In this document: piece after piece, positions 9,238 to 18,070 of the stretch
How positions within the stretch are numbered: position 1 is the first letter of the stretch
Layout of the letters: every line of letters begins with the position of its first letter
IMG/VR virus record: IMGVR_UViG_3300036793_000054
Span: 1 to 60,468 of that record
From: a virus
Lineage: Duplodnaviria; Caudoviricetes
Reading direction: 5' to 3' (one strand)
Length of the DNA: 60,468 nucleotides
Translations under genes and position numbers: made by a program
Notes under the pieces: generated by a model
Seen by the model: the letters and a program-made list of their open reading frames with translations, nothing else
What the model was told of the DNA's origin: nothing
Database searches by the model: none

Positions 9238-10065
9238 TCAGCTGATTTGCATCGCGAAGTGACAGCACGAGTCGAAACTGGCCGCGAACAACCGCTGCGC
9301 CCAGACCTGCCGCAGGTTCGCCGAACGGTCCACCGTCTGCGCTGGCGCGACGAACGTCTCCAGCGTGTCCACCCGCTTGGTGACCATGCCCGTCGCGTAG
9401 CACCAGGTGCCCGGCGCGGTGCCACCGCTGCCGTCCGGACCGGTGCCCGGATAGCCGGGGTCGGCCACCACCACCGCGTCCGTCTGGGTCATCAGCAGGT
9501 TGCCGACGCGTCGCAGCTGCGCGCCCAGCTGGGTCGCGATCTGGGTCGGCACGTGCAACATGCACTGCTGGCCGCCGATCACCGCGCGCGCCTCCTGCTC
9601 CAGCACGCCCAGCGCCTGCATCGGGTCCGTGACCGTCTGGGTGATCACGGTCGCGGTCGGACCGGCCAGGTAGTTGTTGGTGACCCCGGTGTTACCCAGG
9701 GCATCCTCGTAGGTGTTGGCCTTCGTGCCGACGCCGGTCCACAACTCGTTGGCCATGGCCAGGGACAGCGTCGCCTCGGCCAGCCGTGATACCCGCTGTT
9801 CGTCAAATTCGACGTTGCGCGTGGTGCACACGTCGGTGACGCGGTAGCCGACCGGCTGGTAAAACTCGAGTCCATCGGTGGAACTGGGCGGGTTCGTGTC
9901 CACGTCGCCACAGGGTGCGACCGGCTGATACGCCGGGCAGGACTCGGACCGCCAGCTGAAACCTTCCTGCCAGCGCGCGTCCTCCACCGGATCGAGCGCG
10001 GACACCAGCAGGTTCGCCACGCGCACTTGCTGCGCTGGCTGTGTCCGTACCGGGGTGAACAACAC
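9238..10065 (-). CDS. Second capsid protein (putative pentamer protein)
   Basis: Between major capsid and major tail; VVVADPGYPG motif; order as in cluster B-like actinophages. Confidence 0.6.
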   Translation of the reverse strand: MLFTPVRTQPAQQVRVANLLVSALDPVEDARWQEGFSWRSESCPAYQPVAPCGDVDTNPPSSTDGLEFYQPVGYRVTDVCTTRNVEFDEQRVSRLAEATLSLAMANELWTGVGTKANTYEDALGNTGVTNNYLAGPTATVITQTVTDPMQALGVLEQEARAVIGGQQCMLHVPTQIATQLGAQLRRVGNLLMTQTDAVVVADPGYPGTGPDGSGGTAPGTWCYATGMVTKRVDTLETFVAPAQTVDRSANLRQVWAQRLFAASFDSCCHFAMQIS

Positions 10066-10095
10066 TGCGACCTCCTGGGCTGGTGGGGGTGAGCA

Positions 10096-10125
10096 GCGCG
10101 ACCGGCCCGCGTGAGCCGGTCGCGC
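10096..10125. terminator. Stem-loop between the two capsid genes
   Basis: GCGCGACCGGC-8nt-GCCGGTCGCGC, 11-bp stem. Confidence 0.6.
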
Positions 10126-10134
10126 GGGAACTCA

Positions 10135-12069
10135 TCAGCCGCCAGACTTCGTGTAGGCGCTCATGCCGTCCGTGTTGGTGGGCGGCGCGATGGTGCCGGA
10201 GCTGGCGCCGTTGGGCACCAGCGGCATGACCACCCGCAGCGACTCCAGGCCCTTGAACGCGACCCCTTCGAAGGACTCGCTGAAGGTCTGGTATCGGTTG
10301 CGCAGGTTCAGGTTCGAGTCGCGCACCAGGCCGATGTCCAGCGTGCCGCCATCCAGGAACATCCAGTCGCCTTCGCGATACAACACCGTGTCGACCGCGT
10401 TCGGCCAGCCGGGCACGTTGTCGCCCGCGTTGAGCGTCGCGTAGGTCTGGGCGGGCAGCATGATGCCGGAGATCGCCGAAGCGGTCGCGGCCAGGCCGTC
10501 CAGGTGCCAGGTGACGTTGACGTTGCGGGTACGGAACCAGCCTTCGATGCTGGCCTGCGCGACCGCGAACAGCCCGGACACGTCGCCGGAGGTGTTCATC
10601 ATCCGGGCGAGGTCGGTCTGCAGCATGTTGATCACCCAGAGGGGCATGATCGTGTGCAGCGGGACCTCGCCGTTCAGGCGGTGCCGGTTGCGGTAGTAGC
10701 TGATCACCTTGTCGTAGTTGGCCAGCATCTCGCGAACCGCCGAGAAGCCAGCACCCGAGGCGACCGAGGGCGCACCGTAGACGATCTTCGAGGAGGTCAG
10801 GATGCGCGAGAGCAGCTGATTCTCCGCGAACCGCGAGGCCGCGACCTGGCTGGACTGGTTGGTCGCGTTCACCCATTCCGTGTCGAAGCGGCTGGTCATA
10901 TTGGCGAACTCCAGGCACAGGTACGTGCTGTAGATGCTCGCCTCCACCACGCCGGGGCAGTCGACCACGTAGCAGGTCTTCGGCCCGAACGGGTCGCCCT
11001 GGCTGTCGTTGCCGGACTCGTAGGTGATGTTGTTCGCGCCGTCGTTGATCACCGACTGGTCATTGTCCTGACCCCACACGCCCAGACCATCGGTCATCTG
11101 CAGCGCGTCGAAGGGCAGCCGGTACTGGATGCCGCCGCGTTCCACCCGGAACGGCGTGAGCGCGTCGCGGACCGGGCGGTCCGTCACACCCACCGTGTCG
11201 ATGTCGTAGATGACCTCCAGCGGCAGGCACAGGCCGCCGGACTGGGCCGCTGCGGTCAGCGCCTGCGGTGTGGTCGCCTCATGGATCTTGTCCATGTTCT
11301 CGCTGTAGTTCTGGCCCAGCGTGTGCGAGTCCGGGTAGGCGAACTCGATGTGCACCACGTCGTAGCGGCCACCGCCCGCCGAGGACGCCAGCGCCCGCGC
11401 CTTGTTCACGAACGCGCGGGAGATCGTGTCCCGGTCGGCCACGGTGCCAGCGGTGAAGCCGGGCACGTCGCCGGAGATGACGATGCGGGCGCCGATCTGG
11501 CTCGGCCCGCGTTCCGGGTTGACCTGCTGCTCGCCCGCCAGCGTGCCCAGGTTGCGCTCGCGGCGCTCACCGGCCGCCTGCTGCGACGGGGGCTGCTGGC
11601 CACCCTCACCGCCGTTCGGCGCCTGCTGGCCACCGTTGGGCGCACCTTCACCGCCACCTTCGGAGGCCTGGCCGCCTTCGCCGCCGCCCTGCTCGGCCGG
11701 ATCCGGCTGCTGACCGGACTCCGGCTCGGGGGGCTGCACGTGGTCGCGTGCCGGGTCGTGGCGTCCTTCCAGGGCGGCCAGCGCCGCGTTGCTGCGGGTC
11801 GACAGTTCGTCTCGGCCCTCCAGCGCGGCCAGTGTCGACTCCACCACCTGGTACTGGGCTGCGAACAGCTCCAGCAGCTCGACATTCGCCGGGGTGGTTT
11901 CCTCGGCTGCCAGCTCGGTCGCTTCGGCGCGGATCTTGGTCCGCACTTCGCCCAGCTCCTGGGCGCTCAGGCCGCGCAACTCGGCGGACAGCTGGCCCTG
12001 GATTGCTTCGCGCTCTCGATCACTCTCGGCAGCCGCGAGGCTCCGGATGATCTGGATAATGCGGTCCAC
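10135..12069 (-). CDS. Major capsid (hexamer) protein with N-terminal scaffold-like region, 644 aa
   Basis: Coiled-coil plus low-complexity N-terminus, then ALTAAAQSGGLCLPLEVIYD, RGGIQY, LDGGTLDIGLVRDS. Confidence 0.9.
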   Translation of the reverse strand: MDRIIQIIRSLAAAESDREREAIQGQLSAELRGLSAQELGEVRTKIRAEATELAAEETTPANVELLELFAAQYQVVESTLAALEGRDELSTRSNAALAALEGRHDPARDHVQPPEPESGQQPDPAEQGGGEGGQASEGGGEGAPNGGQQAPNGGEGGQQPPSQQAAGERRERNLGTLAGEQQVNPERGPSQIGARIVISGDVPGFTAGTVADRDTISRAFVNKARALASSAGGGRYDVVHIEFAYPDSHTLGQNYSENMDKIHEATTPQALTAAAQSGGLCLPLEVIYDIDTVGVTDRPVRDALTPFRVERGGIQYRLPFDALQMTDGLGVWGQDNDQSVINDGANNITYESGNDSQGDPFGPKTCYVVDCPGVVEASIYSTYLCLEFANMTSRFDTEWVNATNQSSQVAASRFAENQLLSRILTSSKIVYGAPSVASGAGFSAVREMLANYDKVISYYRNRHRLNGEVPLHTIMPLWVINMLQTDLARMMNTSGDVSGLFAVAQASIEGWFRTRNVNVTWHLDGLAATASAISGIMLPAQTYATLNAGDNVPGWPNAVDTVLYREGDWMFLDGGTLDIGLVRDSNLNLRNRYQTFSESFEGVAFKGLESLRVVMPLVPNGASSGTIAPPTNTDGMSAYTKSGG

Positions 12070-12225
12070 CGCGTATCCCCTTCGCTCGGTCTGTGCACGG
12101 GGCCGACATCAGCCTTGCGGCTGGTGCTCGGTGGACCTATGGACTACCGGCACGGGAAACGCCCCGTCTGCCACGAAGGCTATGACGGGGCGCAACCGGG
12201 ACACTCGGTGTTGCGTACTTGCGGA

Positions 12226-12384
12226 TCAGGCGCTGGAGTCGTCCTCTTTCTCGGTCTTCATCGCGGCCAGGATCTCGTCCGCCGCGCGTCCGGCAGCCGC
12301 CTCCGGTGTGTGATGTGTCGGCAGGTAGTTGTCGAAGTGATCTTCCAGGATGACAATCAGCTTCTCGCGGTCCAGCTTCCTCAT
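12226..12384 (-). CDS. Hypothetical protein, 52 aa (not in ORF track)
   Basis: MRKLDREKLIVILEDHF..., GGAGG upstream. Confidence 0.6.
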   Translation of the reverse strand: MRKLDREKLIVILEDHFDNYLPTHHTPEAAAGRAADEILAAMKTEKEDDSSA

Positions 12385-12397
12385 TGCCGCCTCCGGT

Positions 12398-12619
12398 TCA
12401 GTCGTTGATCGCGTACGGGCTGCGTCCGGCCAGGATGATGCCCGGCTGCAGGTAGGTTCCCGCCTCGCAGGCAGCGAGGTTCGTGGTGATCAAGTGCTCA
12501 TCGCCCAGCTCGGGTGCCGCGATCGTCTTGGCTTGGGTCGCACTCGCCGCGACCACCACGACCTCCCGCGCGTTCGCCCCGGTCTGCACCAACCAGACGT
12601 AGAGCCGATCAATCGTCAT
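12398..12619 (-). CDS. Hypothetical protein
   Basis: Compact ORF, GC3-biased. Confidence 0.6.
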   Translation of the reverse strand: MTIDRLYVWLVQTGANAREVVVVAASATQAKTIAAPELGDEHLITTNLAACEAGTYLQPGIILAGRSPYAIND

Positions 12620-12669
12620 TGATCACCGGCTCGGCACCATCCGACTCGAACGCGGCGTCATACAGATCC

Positions 12670-12966
12670 TCAATGGACATTGGTCTTTGCCTTCCTCGTA
12701 GCGCGGTAGTCGAACCACCAGTTGACCGAGGAGGTGATCAAACCTCCGACGATCACCGCGAGCCAGCCGACCGCGCGCACCGTCCACACGGTGGCGTAGA
12801 AGGTGGCGATGGCGCCACCGACCAGCATCCACAGGCACAGCTCCAGCATCCAGATCCCGAAGATCCAGTAGGCGATGGAGTGGTGACGGCTGCGGTGCCG
12901 CCCGGTCCAGGTGACGGTGTAGCGCAGAATGCGCGGGCCGAACGAACTGGTGATCCGTGATCTCAT
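12670..12966 (-). CDS. Hypothetical membrane protein (leaderless)
   Basis: Hydrophobic helices; ATG 7 nt after TAACAT. Confidence 0.65.
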   Translation of the reverse strand: MRSRITSSFGPRILRYTVTWTGRHRSRHHSIAYWIFGIWMLELCLWMLVGGAIATFYATVWTVRAVGWLAVIVGGLITSSVNWWFDYRATRKAKTNVH

Positions 12967-12973
12967 GGCACCG

Positions 12974-13002
12974 ATGTTACCCGGTCATTCGTCGGGTGAC
13001 AA
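12974..13002 (-). promoter_or_regulatory. Repeated promoter/operator, copy 1
   Basis: TTGTCA-CCCGACGAATGACCGGG-TAACAT. Confidence 0.85.
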
Positions 13003-13152
13003 GGAGAGATCGAGCTGGCGCAGCGCGGCCAGGCGCTCCTCGATCGACACATCGGCCGCCGCCGCCAGCCGACCGAGCACGGACAGGCCGAGCTCCTCGC
13101 CCTCGGGGAACTCTGGCACCAGGTCCGTTGTGCCGTTAATCGTCCCATTCAT
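12985..13152 (-). CDS. Hypothetical protein
   Basis: MNGTINGTTDLV..., ACCGAGGAG RBS. Confidence 0.55.
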   Translation of the reverse strand: MNGTINGTTDLVPEFPEGEELGLSVLGRLAAAADVSIEERLAALRQLDLSLSPDE

Positions 13153-13280
13153 CCGCTCTATCTCCTCGGTCTGTTGTGGCGGGTTCCCCGTCGCCTTGCG
13201 CAGCGACCGCTCCGGCATGCCGACCTCCATCGGACGCGCCCGCCGCCCGGGGTGTGTCAGCACCGAGCGGCGGGGCGAGC

Positions 13281-13649
13281 TCACTTCCTGGTGCGCTTGC
13301 GCTTCACCCCGCGCACCAGCTCCTCGCGGCGCGCGCAGGTCTTCACGTGCTGAATGAACGTCGGATTGCCCGCCGCCCGGTAACCGGCCGCCTGGCCGAT
13401 CGACCCGAACTCGCCCACCTCCGGCAGATCGCCCGGACGCAAGGTCAGCGCCAGCTTGCCCAGCGAGCTCGGCAACGGATCGATCGGCATCCGCTTCGGC
13501 AGCTTGCCCTCCGGCGTGCGCGCGTTCAGGTTCGGTCGCGTCATCACCCAGGCGATCGGCTCGCGGCAGAACTCGCAGGCGGCCAGCTTCAGCCCGTACT
13601 CGTTGACGCCCACCTGCTGCGGGCGCGTGCTCGGCGTGACCTCGAACAT
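13281..13649 (-). CDS. Hypothetical protein with CxxC...HxxxC zinc motif
   Basis: CEFCREPIAW...MPIDP...HVKTC; TGATG overlap. Confidence 0.7.
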   Translation of the reverse strand: MFEVTPSTRPQQVGVNEYGLKLAACEFCREPIAWVMTRPNLNARTPEGKLPKRMPIDPLPSSLGKLALTLRPGDLPEVGEFGSIGQAAGYRAAGNPTFIQHVKTCARREELVRGVKRKRTRK

Positions 13650-13879
13650 CAGGACTTCCACCACTCCATCTTCTTGGCGCGGACCACGCCAGCGATCAAG
13701 AAGTAGTCGGGGCGCTCGCGGACGCGACGGGACCAGTGGAAGCGGTCGCCCTTTACCGCGAGCTTCAGGTGCTCCTCGTTCTCGGCGTAGCGCCACTCGC
13801 TTTCGGGCAGGCGCTGCGACTGCGCCCACTCGGCCGCTTCGTTCTCGTTCAGGGCGAGCACCCAGATCAGGGGTTTCAT
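13649..13879 (-). CDS. Hypothetical protein
   Basis: Overlapping start/stop chain. Confidence 0.65.
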   Translation of the reverse strand: MKPLIWVLALNENEAAEWAQSQRLPESEWRYAENEEHLKLAVKGDRFHWSRRVRERPDYFLIAGVVRAKKMEWWKS

Positions 13880-14343
13880 GTCGTCGCCGGGAAGCGATCG
13901 AGGTAGCGAACCAGGTGCGTCAGGGGCGCCTCGCTCACGTGCACGTCCAGGATGGTGTCCGCGTGCACGGCGGTCATGGCCTGCCAGATCGCATCGTCCG
14001 GATGCGCCCGGTCGTCCACCTGGCCGTCAACCACGGGGCGCGGGCGACCGGGATCCTGGTCGACATCCCAGCACAGGATGATCGTGTGTCCGGTGTGCTC
14101 CAGGCGCGCGGAGGTGACCGAGCCGACGCGTCCCATCGCGAGCGGGCCGAACGCGAGCGGGCCATACGCGACGTGCACCGCGAATCTGCCGGTGTCATCG
14201 GCGGACACACGGCGCTCCAGTAGATCGCGAAAGGCCAGCTCGGCGGTAGCGTGGTAGTGGACTTCAACCGGGGCGGAATCCGCTTCGATCTTCGTCCTGA
14301 TCGAAGCGGTCGCGCCGATGATGATCAGCGGGAGCACGGTCAC
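13876..14343 (-). CDS. Hypothetical protein
   Basis: AGGAG RBS, downstream of promoter copy 2. Confidence 0.6.
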   Translation of the reverse strand: MTVLPLIIIGATASIRTKIEADSAPVEVHYHATAELAFRDLLERRVSADDTGRFAVHVAYGPLAFGPLAMGRVGSVTSARLEHTGHTIILCWDVDQDPGRPRPVVDGQVDDRAHPDDAIWQAMTAVHADTILDVHVSEAPLTHLVRYLDRFPATT

Positions 14344-14367
14344 CTCCTGGTTGTGGTCGTCGCACCA

Positions 14368-14396
14368 ATGTTACCCTCCCAGTGCACGGGAGACAA
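14368..14396 (-). promoter_or_regulatory. Repeated promoter/operator, copy 2 (between divergent genes)
   Basis: TTGTCT-CCCGTGCACTGGGAGGG-TAACAT. Confidence 0.8.
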
Positions 14397-14407
14397 TGGA
14401 GGTCAGC

Positions 14408-14800
14408 ATGCCAGCTATCCCACCCGAGGACATCGAAAACCGGTTCGGCCGGTTGTCCGCGACCGCCGAGTCCGTTGGCGAGAAGATCGTCAGCATCCTC
14501 AAGAACGCGGCACACGAAGTCAACAAGCTGGTAGGTCACGCCAGCCCGTCCGTCCTGTCCATCGTCCAGCGCCTGGAACAGGGGGCACACGTCGCCGTGT
14601 CCGCGCCCGTGCTCCAGGAACCTCACCAGGACCCTCAGCCGCCCGCGTCTACCACGGCGACGGACCCGGGGGCTGGAGCCAGCTCGGAATCGGCAGCTTC
14701 GCCGACCAGCCAGGAGACCGCCAGCCCTTCGCCGAGCGACTCACCCGCCGCGAGCTCCGCGCCGAGCTCGGCGGACTCGGCAACCGAATCGAAAGGTTGA
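14408..14800 (+). CDS. Hypothetical protein with Ser/Ala/Pro-rich tail
   Basis: GGAGG RBS; MPAIPPEDIENRF. Confidence 0.65.
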   Translation: MPAIPPEDIENRFGRLSATAESVGEKIVSILKNAAHEVNKLVGHASPSVLSIVQRLEQGAHVAVSAPVLQEPHQDPQPPASTTATDPGAGASSESAASPTSQETASPSPSDSPAASSAPSSADSATESKG

Positions 14801-14808
14801 TCCAGATC

Positions 14809-15135
14809 ATGACCGATGCACTTCAGACCGCCCTGACCGATCTCACCAGCGTGACCGGTGACGTGGTCGCCGAGCTGTCCAGCCTGTCCAGCCAGCTGCA
14901 GGCCGCGCTCGCCAGTGGCGACACCGCCGCCCTGCAGTCCGCTGCCGACCAGATCGAAACCCAGGTGGGCACCCTGCGCACCGCGCTGGCCTCGGCAACG
15001 CCAGCGCCCAGCGGATCCACCACGGGAGCTCCGTCCACAGGTGGGGATACCTCCAGCGCGCCGCAGTCGGGCGGCACCACCAGCGATACGACCGCCGCGC
15101 CGGAGCAGCCGCAGACCGGTAGCCCGATGGGCTGA
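14809..15135 (+). CDS. Hypothetical coiled-coil protein (may be a -1 frameshift extension of the upstream gene)
   Basis: MTDALQTALTDL...; frame open far upstream. Confidence 0.65.
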   Translation: MTDALQTALTDLTSVTGDVVAELSSLSSQLQAALASGDTAALQSAADQIETQVGTLRTALASATPAPSGSTTGAPSTGGDTSSAPQSGGTTSDTTAAPEQPQTGSPMG

Positions 15136-15171
15136 TAGCCTGCCGGTCGGCATCTAGCCGATGTAACCGCC

Positions 15172-15202
15172 GAAAGCCCCCCGGCAGCAACGGGGGGCTT
15201 TC
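15172..15202. terminator. Terminator hairpin between convergent genes
   Basis: GAAAGCCCCCCG-7nt-CGGGGGGCTTTC. Confidence 0.8.
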
Positions 15203-15208
15203 GCATGC

Positions 15209-15430
15209 TCAGGCGGCGAGCCGCTTCAGGCAGGCCTTGCAGGTGACCGGCCGCTTGGTGGCGTAGTAGACGACGCCCCGGTTACTGAAGGTGCCGGTCC
15301 GCGCGTTGTGCCCGGTCGGACGGCACAGGGTCTTCTCGGTGCTGCCACGGTGCATCGGGTCGCCGGGCACACCCGCGTGGACCAGGTTGGTGGTGTAGAC
15401 GTTGACGCTGGTGGCCTCGGCTTCGCTCAT
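15209..15430 (-). CDS. Hypothetical zinc-binding protein (leaderless)
   Basis: VH...TLC...VTCKACLK; ATG 7 nt after TAACAT. Confidence 0.7.
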   Translation of the reverse strand: MSEAEATSVNVYTTNLVHAGVPGDPMHRGSTEKTLCRPTGHNARTGTFSNRGVVYYATKRPVTCKACLKRLAA

Positions 15431-15437
15431 AGGAACG

Positions 15438-15466
15438 ATGTTACCCCTCTGGTCGCCGGGTAACAA
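15438..15466 (-). promoter_or_regulatory. Repeated promoter/operator, copy 3
   Basis: TTGTTA-CCCGGCGACCAGAGGGG-TAACAT. Confidence 0.85.
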
Positions 15467-15484
15467 TAGTCTGTGACCTGCGAC

Positions 15485-15805
15485 TCAAGCCTGCGGGATC
15501 CAGGTCTCCAGCTCCTGGCCGTTCGCCCGGTCATACACCAGCCGTTGCGGGATGAACACCCGATCCAGCCGCCGCGCCTCATGACCCAGCGCCGCGACCT
15601 TGACCTCCATTACGTGCCGCACGATCGCCTCCTGGGTATTGCACTGGGCCGCCAGCGTCTTGCCGCGCTTGAAGAACGCCAGGCCCTTGTCCGGGTGCAC
15701 CTCCCACCAGTAGCCCGCGTAGCAGGCCACCAGGCCAGTATTCGGCCGTAGCGCCAGCTCCCACGGCAGGTAGGTGATGTTGGCCGCCGTGATCAGGTCG
15801 CCCAT
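15485..15805 (-). CDS. Hypothetical protein
   Basis: GAGGAGG RBS. Confidence 0.7.
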   Translation of the reverse strand: MGDLITAANITYLPWELALRPNTGLVACYAGYWWEVHPDKGLAFFKRGKTLAAQCNTQEAIVRHVMEVKVAALGHEARRLDRVFIPQRLVYDRANGQELETWIPQA

Positions 15806-15860
15806 GTTGTCCTCCTCGAATTCGATGTTTGTCCAGCAGTACGCGTGTCATCCTTGACGC

Positions 15861-16007
15861 ATGGACGCGGTAGAGCGCGCGGTCGCCGAGCGGATCGCCC
15901 GCCGAGCACGCCAGCGCGCCGAGGTGGCCGCCGAGCGGCTCGCCTTCGAGGCCAACCGCAAGGCAGGCCTGGAGCGCCGCAAGGCTGCGAAGATCAAGCA
16001 GACCTGA
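15861..16007 (+). CDS. Possible small basic protein, 48 aa
   Basis: MDAVERAVAERIARR...; fills gap, no clear RBS. Confidence 0.35.
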   Translation: MDAVERAVAERIARRARQRAEVAAERLAFEANRKAGLERRKAAKIKQT

Positions 16008-16161
16008 TGTTCCGGCCCCACACGCCGCACACCTGTCTGCCGGTGTGCACGTTGATCAGCTCATAGACGCCGTCGTAGGTGCCAGTCACGCGCCACTTCG
16101 CGCCGTGGTAGATCACGATGTCGCTGATGTGGGGATCCCGGGGGACAGTGGTCTCCGTCAT
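15994..16161 (-). CDS. Hypothetical protein
   Basis: MTETTVPRDP..., ATGA overlap. Confidence 0.6.
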   Translation of the reverse strand: MTETTVPRDPHISDIVIYHGAKWRVTGTYDGVYELINVHTGRQVCGVWGRNIRSA

Positions 16162-16355
16162 GCCTGCACCGCCTGGAGAGCCTGGTGATAGGCCACCTTC
16201 GCCTCGGGGGTGATCCGCCACTCGCCATGCGCGGTCCGCACCACCACCTCGCGCATGGTGCAGCGCACTACCTCGCCGTCATCGAGCGTGACGACGCGCC
16301 AGCCGCCCGCCACGCCGATCTCCAGTTTCACGATGGTCTTCGGTGTCTCGCTCAT
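16158..16355 (-). CDS. Hypothetical protein
   Basis: GGAGG RBS. Confidence 0.6.
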   Translation of the reverse strand: MSETPKTIVKLEIGVAGGWRVVTLDDGEVVRCTMREVVVRTAHGEWRITPEAKVAYHQALQAVQA

Positions 16356-16371
16356 GCCTCCAAACTAGCCC

Positions 16372-16400
16372 TTGTGTCCCGGTCCGTCAACGGGTAACTT
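16372..16400 (+). promoter_or_regulatory. Repeated promoter/operator, copy 4
   Basis: TTGTGT-CCCGGTCCGTCAACGGG-TAACTT. Confidence 0.8.
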
Positions 16401-16435
16401 GGTATCCATCAGCCCAACGCACCGAGGAGCCCACA

Positions 16436-16687
16436 GTGAGCACCAAGATCACCAAGCTGACCGAAGCCAACATCCAGGCCCTGAACCTCGTCATCGGCAA
16501 CGACGCGCTGGTGCAGCTCACTGCGACCACCGCGACCTTCGTGGACGAAGGAACCGAGCTGATCGAGTGGTGGTCGGGGATCATGAGCCGGGTTGCCGCC
16601 AAGCACGGTCGGCACGGTCACCCGTATGCCTCGCTGCACGCGGTCACCCGCAAGGTCAACAAAGCCGCTCAGGCCAACAAGCGTTGA
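16436..16687 (+). CDS. Hypothetical protein
   Basis: ACCGAGGAG RBS, GTG start. Confidence 0.7.
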   Translation: MSTKITKLTEANIQALNLVIGNDALVQLTATTATFVDEGTELIEWWSGIMSRVAAKHGRHGHPYASLHAVTRKVNKAAQANKR

Positions 16688-16743
16688 TCATCCAGCCGGG
16701 CGCCCACCGAGGCGCCCGGCTTCGTTCCCCCGAGGAGGACGCC

Positions 16744-17034
16744 ATGAGCAAGCCGAAGCGGTTCGGGTTCCAGGAAGGTCAGCCGCACGTGGTGCCGGTG
16801 CGCCAGACCGCACAGCACACGATCACCTGGTCCACCGAGTGGTCTGGCTGGCGCTGGGTCGCCCCCGGCTGGGAGATCGGCCGCGTGCGCGCTGGCGGGC
16901 TCGGCGGCCACCCTGCCGGTACACGGTCGGAGTACCACCTGAACCGCGTGAGCGAGGACGGTCAGCGTCAGGTGGTCGACATCGTGGACTCGCTGGGTGC
17001 GGCGAAGCGGCGCGCCGAGGAACTGTCGGAGTAG
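16744..17034 (+). CDS. Hypothetical protein
   Basis: CCGAGGAGG RBS. Confidence 0.7.
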   Translation: MSKPKRFGFQEGQPHVVPVRQTAQHTITWSTEWSGWRWVAPGWEIGRVRAGGLGGHPAGTRSEYHLNRVSEDGQRQVVDIVDSLGAAKRRAEELSE

Positions 17035-17051
17035 TCGCAGGTAAGTGACCC

Positions 17052-17081
17052 TTGTGTCCCGGTGGAGTGAGGGGGTAACAT
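17052..17081 (+). promoter_or_regulatory. Repeated promoter/operator, copy 5
   Basis: TTGTGT-CCCGGTGGAGTGAGGGGG-TAACAT. Confidence 0.85.
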
Positions 17082-17088
17082 GGACTTC

Positions 17089-17325
17089 ATGGGCGAGACC
17101 AGCTACCAGACGGACCTCTACCGGCAGACCTGCACCTGCCCCGCCGGGCAGTATGGCCGCCCGTGCAAGCACCTCCGCGCGCTCGCCGACCAGCAGACAG
17201 CCGATGAGGCCAAGGTCGCCAATGCGCAGGCACGCTGGGATCGCGAAGTCCAGATCCAGCAGGCCGCCCGCGCTCGCGAGATCGCCCGCAGCCACTTCTC
17301 CGCCACCTACCCCGAAACGGACTGA
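17089..17325 (+). CDS. SWIM-type zinc finger protein (leaderless)
   Basis: CTCPAGQYGRPCKHL fits CxC-x-CxH. Confidence 0.7.
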   Translation: MGETSYQTDLYRQTCTCPAGQYGRPCKHLRALADQQTADEAKVANAQARWDREVQIQQAARAREIARSHFSATYPETD

Positions 17326-17327
17326 TC

Positions 17328-17561
17328 ATGAATAAGCTCTCGCCGAGGATGACCGACCAGCTGCTGTGGATGGCTGAGCAGCTCGCGCACGGCGGCAGGT
17401 GCGGATCCCTCGAACCGCAGCGCATCGCACTGATGTCCCGGGGCCTGATCGACTTCGCCACCGAGGACGACGCGCACAAGCAGACGCGCAACCGCACCCT
17501 CACCCTCACCGAAGCGGGGTGGCTGAAGGTCAAGGAGATCCGGGAAAACCTCGGCAAGTGA
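17328..17561 (+). CDS. Hypothetical protein, winged-helix-like C-terminus
   Basis: ALMSRGLI...LTLTEAG. Confidence 0.6.
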   Translation: MNKLSPRMTDQLLWMAEQLAHGGRCGSLEPQRIALMSRGLIDFATEDDAHKQTRNRTLTLTEAGWLKVKEIRENLGK

Positions 17562-17770
17562 GCAAGTAGGCCCCATGGTGCACCGCTTCGGCGGTGGGGA
17601 GGTTCGTCTCCTCCCGGGGTCACGCGGTCAGTGGGAACACGCATCCTCGCGGTGCGCTCGGCCCCGAGAAGCAGGGAAGCCGTCAGGCCCCGTAGATCCG
17701 GTTCTGCCGGTGAAGCTGAAGCCCCATCCGGGGGCTGACCGTGACGATCTTTCACACCGAGGAGTCGATC

Positions 17771-18070
17771 ATGAGCTTGACCAAAATGTATGCGCTGACC
17801 TGCGATAACTGCGGGCGCCTCCAGCAGGACGGCCGCCAGGTCTATTCCACCAGCACCGAGGCTCGGCGCAAGGCCAGGGCGGCGGGTTGGGAGCGCCTCC
17901 AGCACCCAGAGAACGTGCGCCAGGGGCTCACGTCAGCTGACAACGTGTCGCATCGGCGGGACTTCTGCAGGATGTGTGCGCCGATCGTCCGCGAGGCCCT
18001 GGCCGAGATCGGCAAGGATCAGGAGCGCGCCGCCCGCGCGAAGGCCTACGCGGATCGGGTCGGCCGGTGA
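17771..18070 (+). CDS. Hypothetical zinc-binding protein
   Basis: CDNC...ARAAGW...DFCRMC; ACCGAGGAG RBS. Confidence 0.7.
   Translation: MSLTKMYALTCDNCGRLQQDGRQVYSTSTEARRKARAAGWERLQHPENVRQGLTSADNVSHRRDFCRMCAPIVREALAEIGKDQERAARAKAYADRVGR

Noticed and set aside
10066-10137. Possible read-through from major capsid into the in-frame second capsid gene
   Set aside because: Tandem TGA TGA stops, and the second gene has its own AGGAGG RBS
10111-12408. 765-aa plus-strand ORF
   Set aside because: Shadow of the capsid gene
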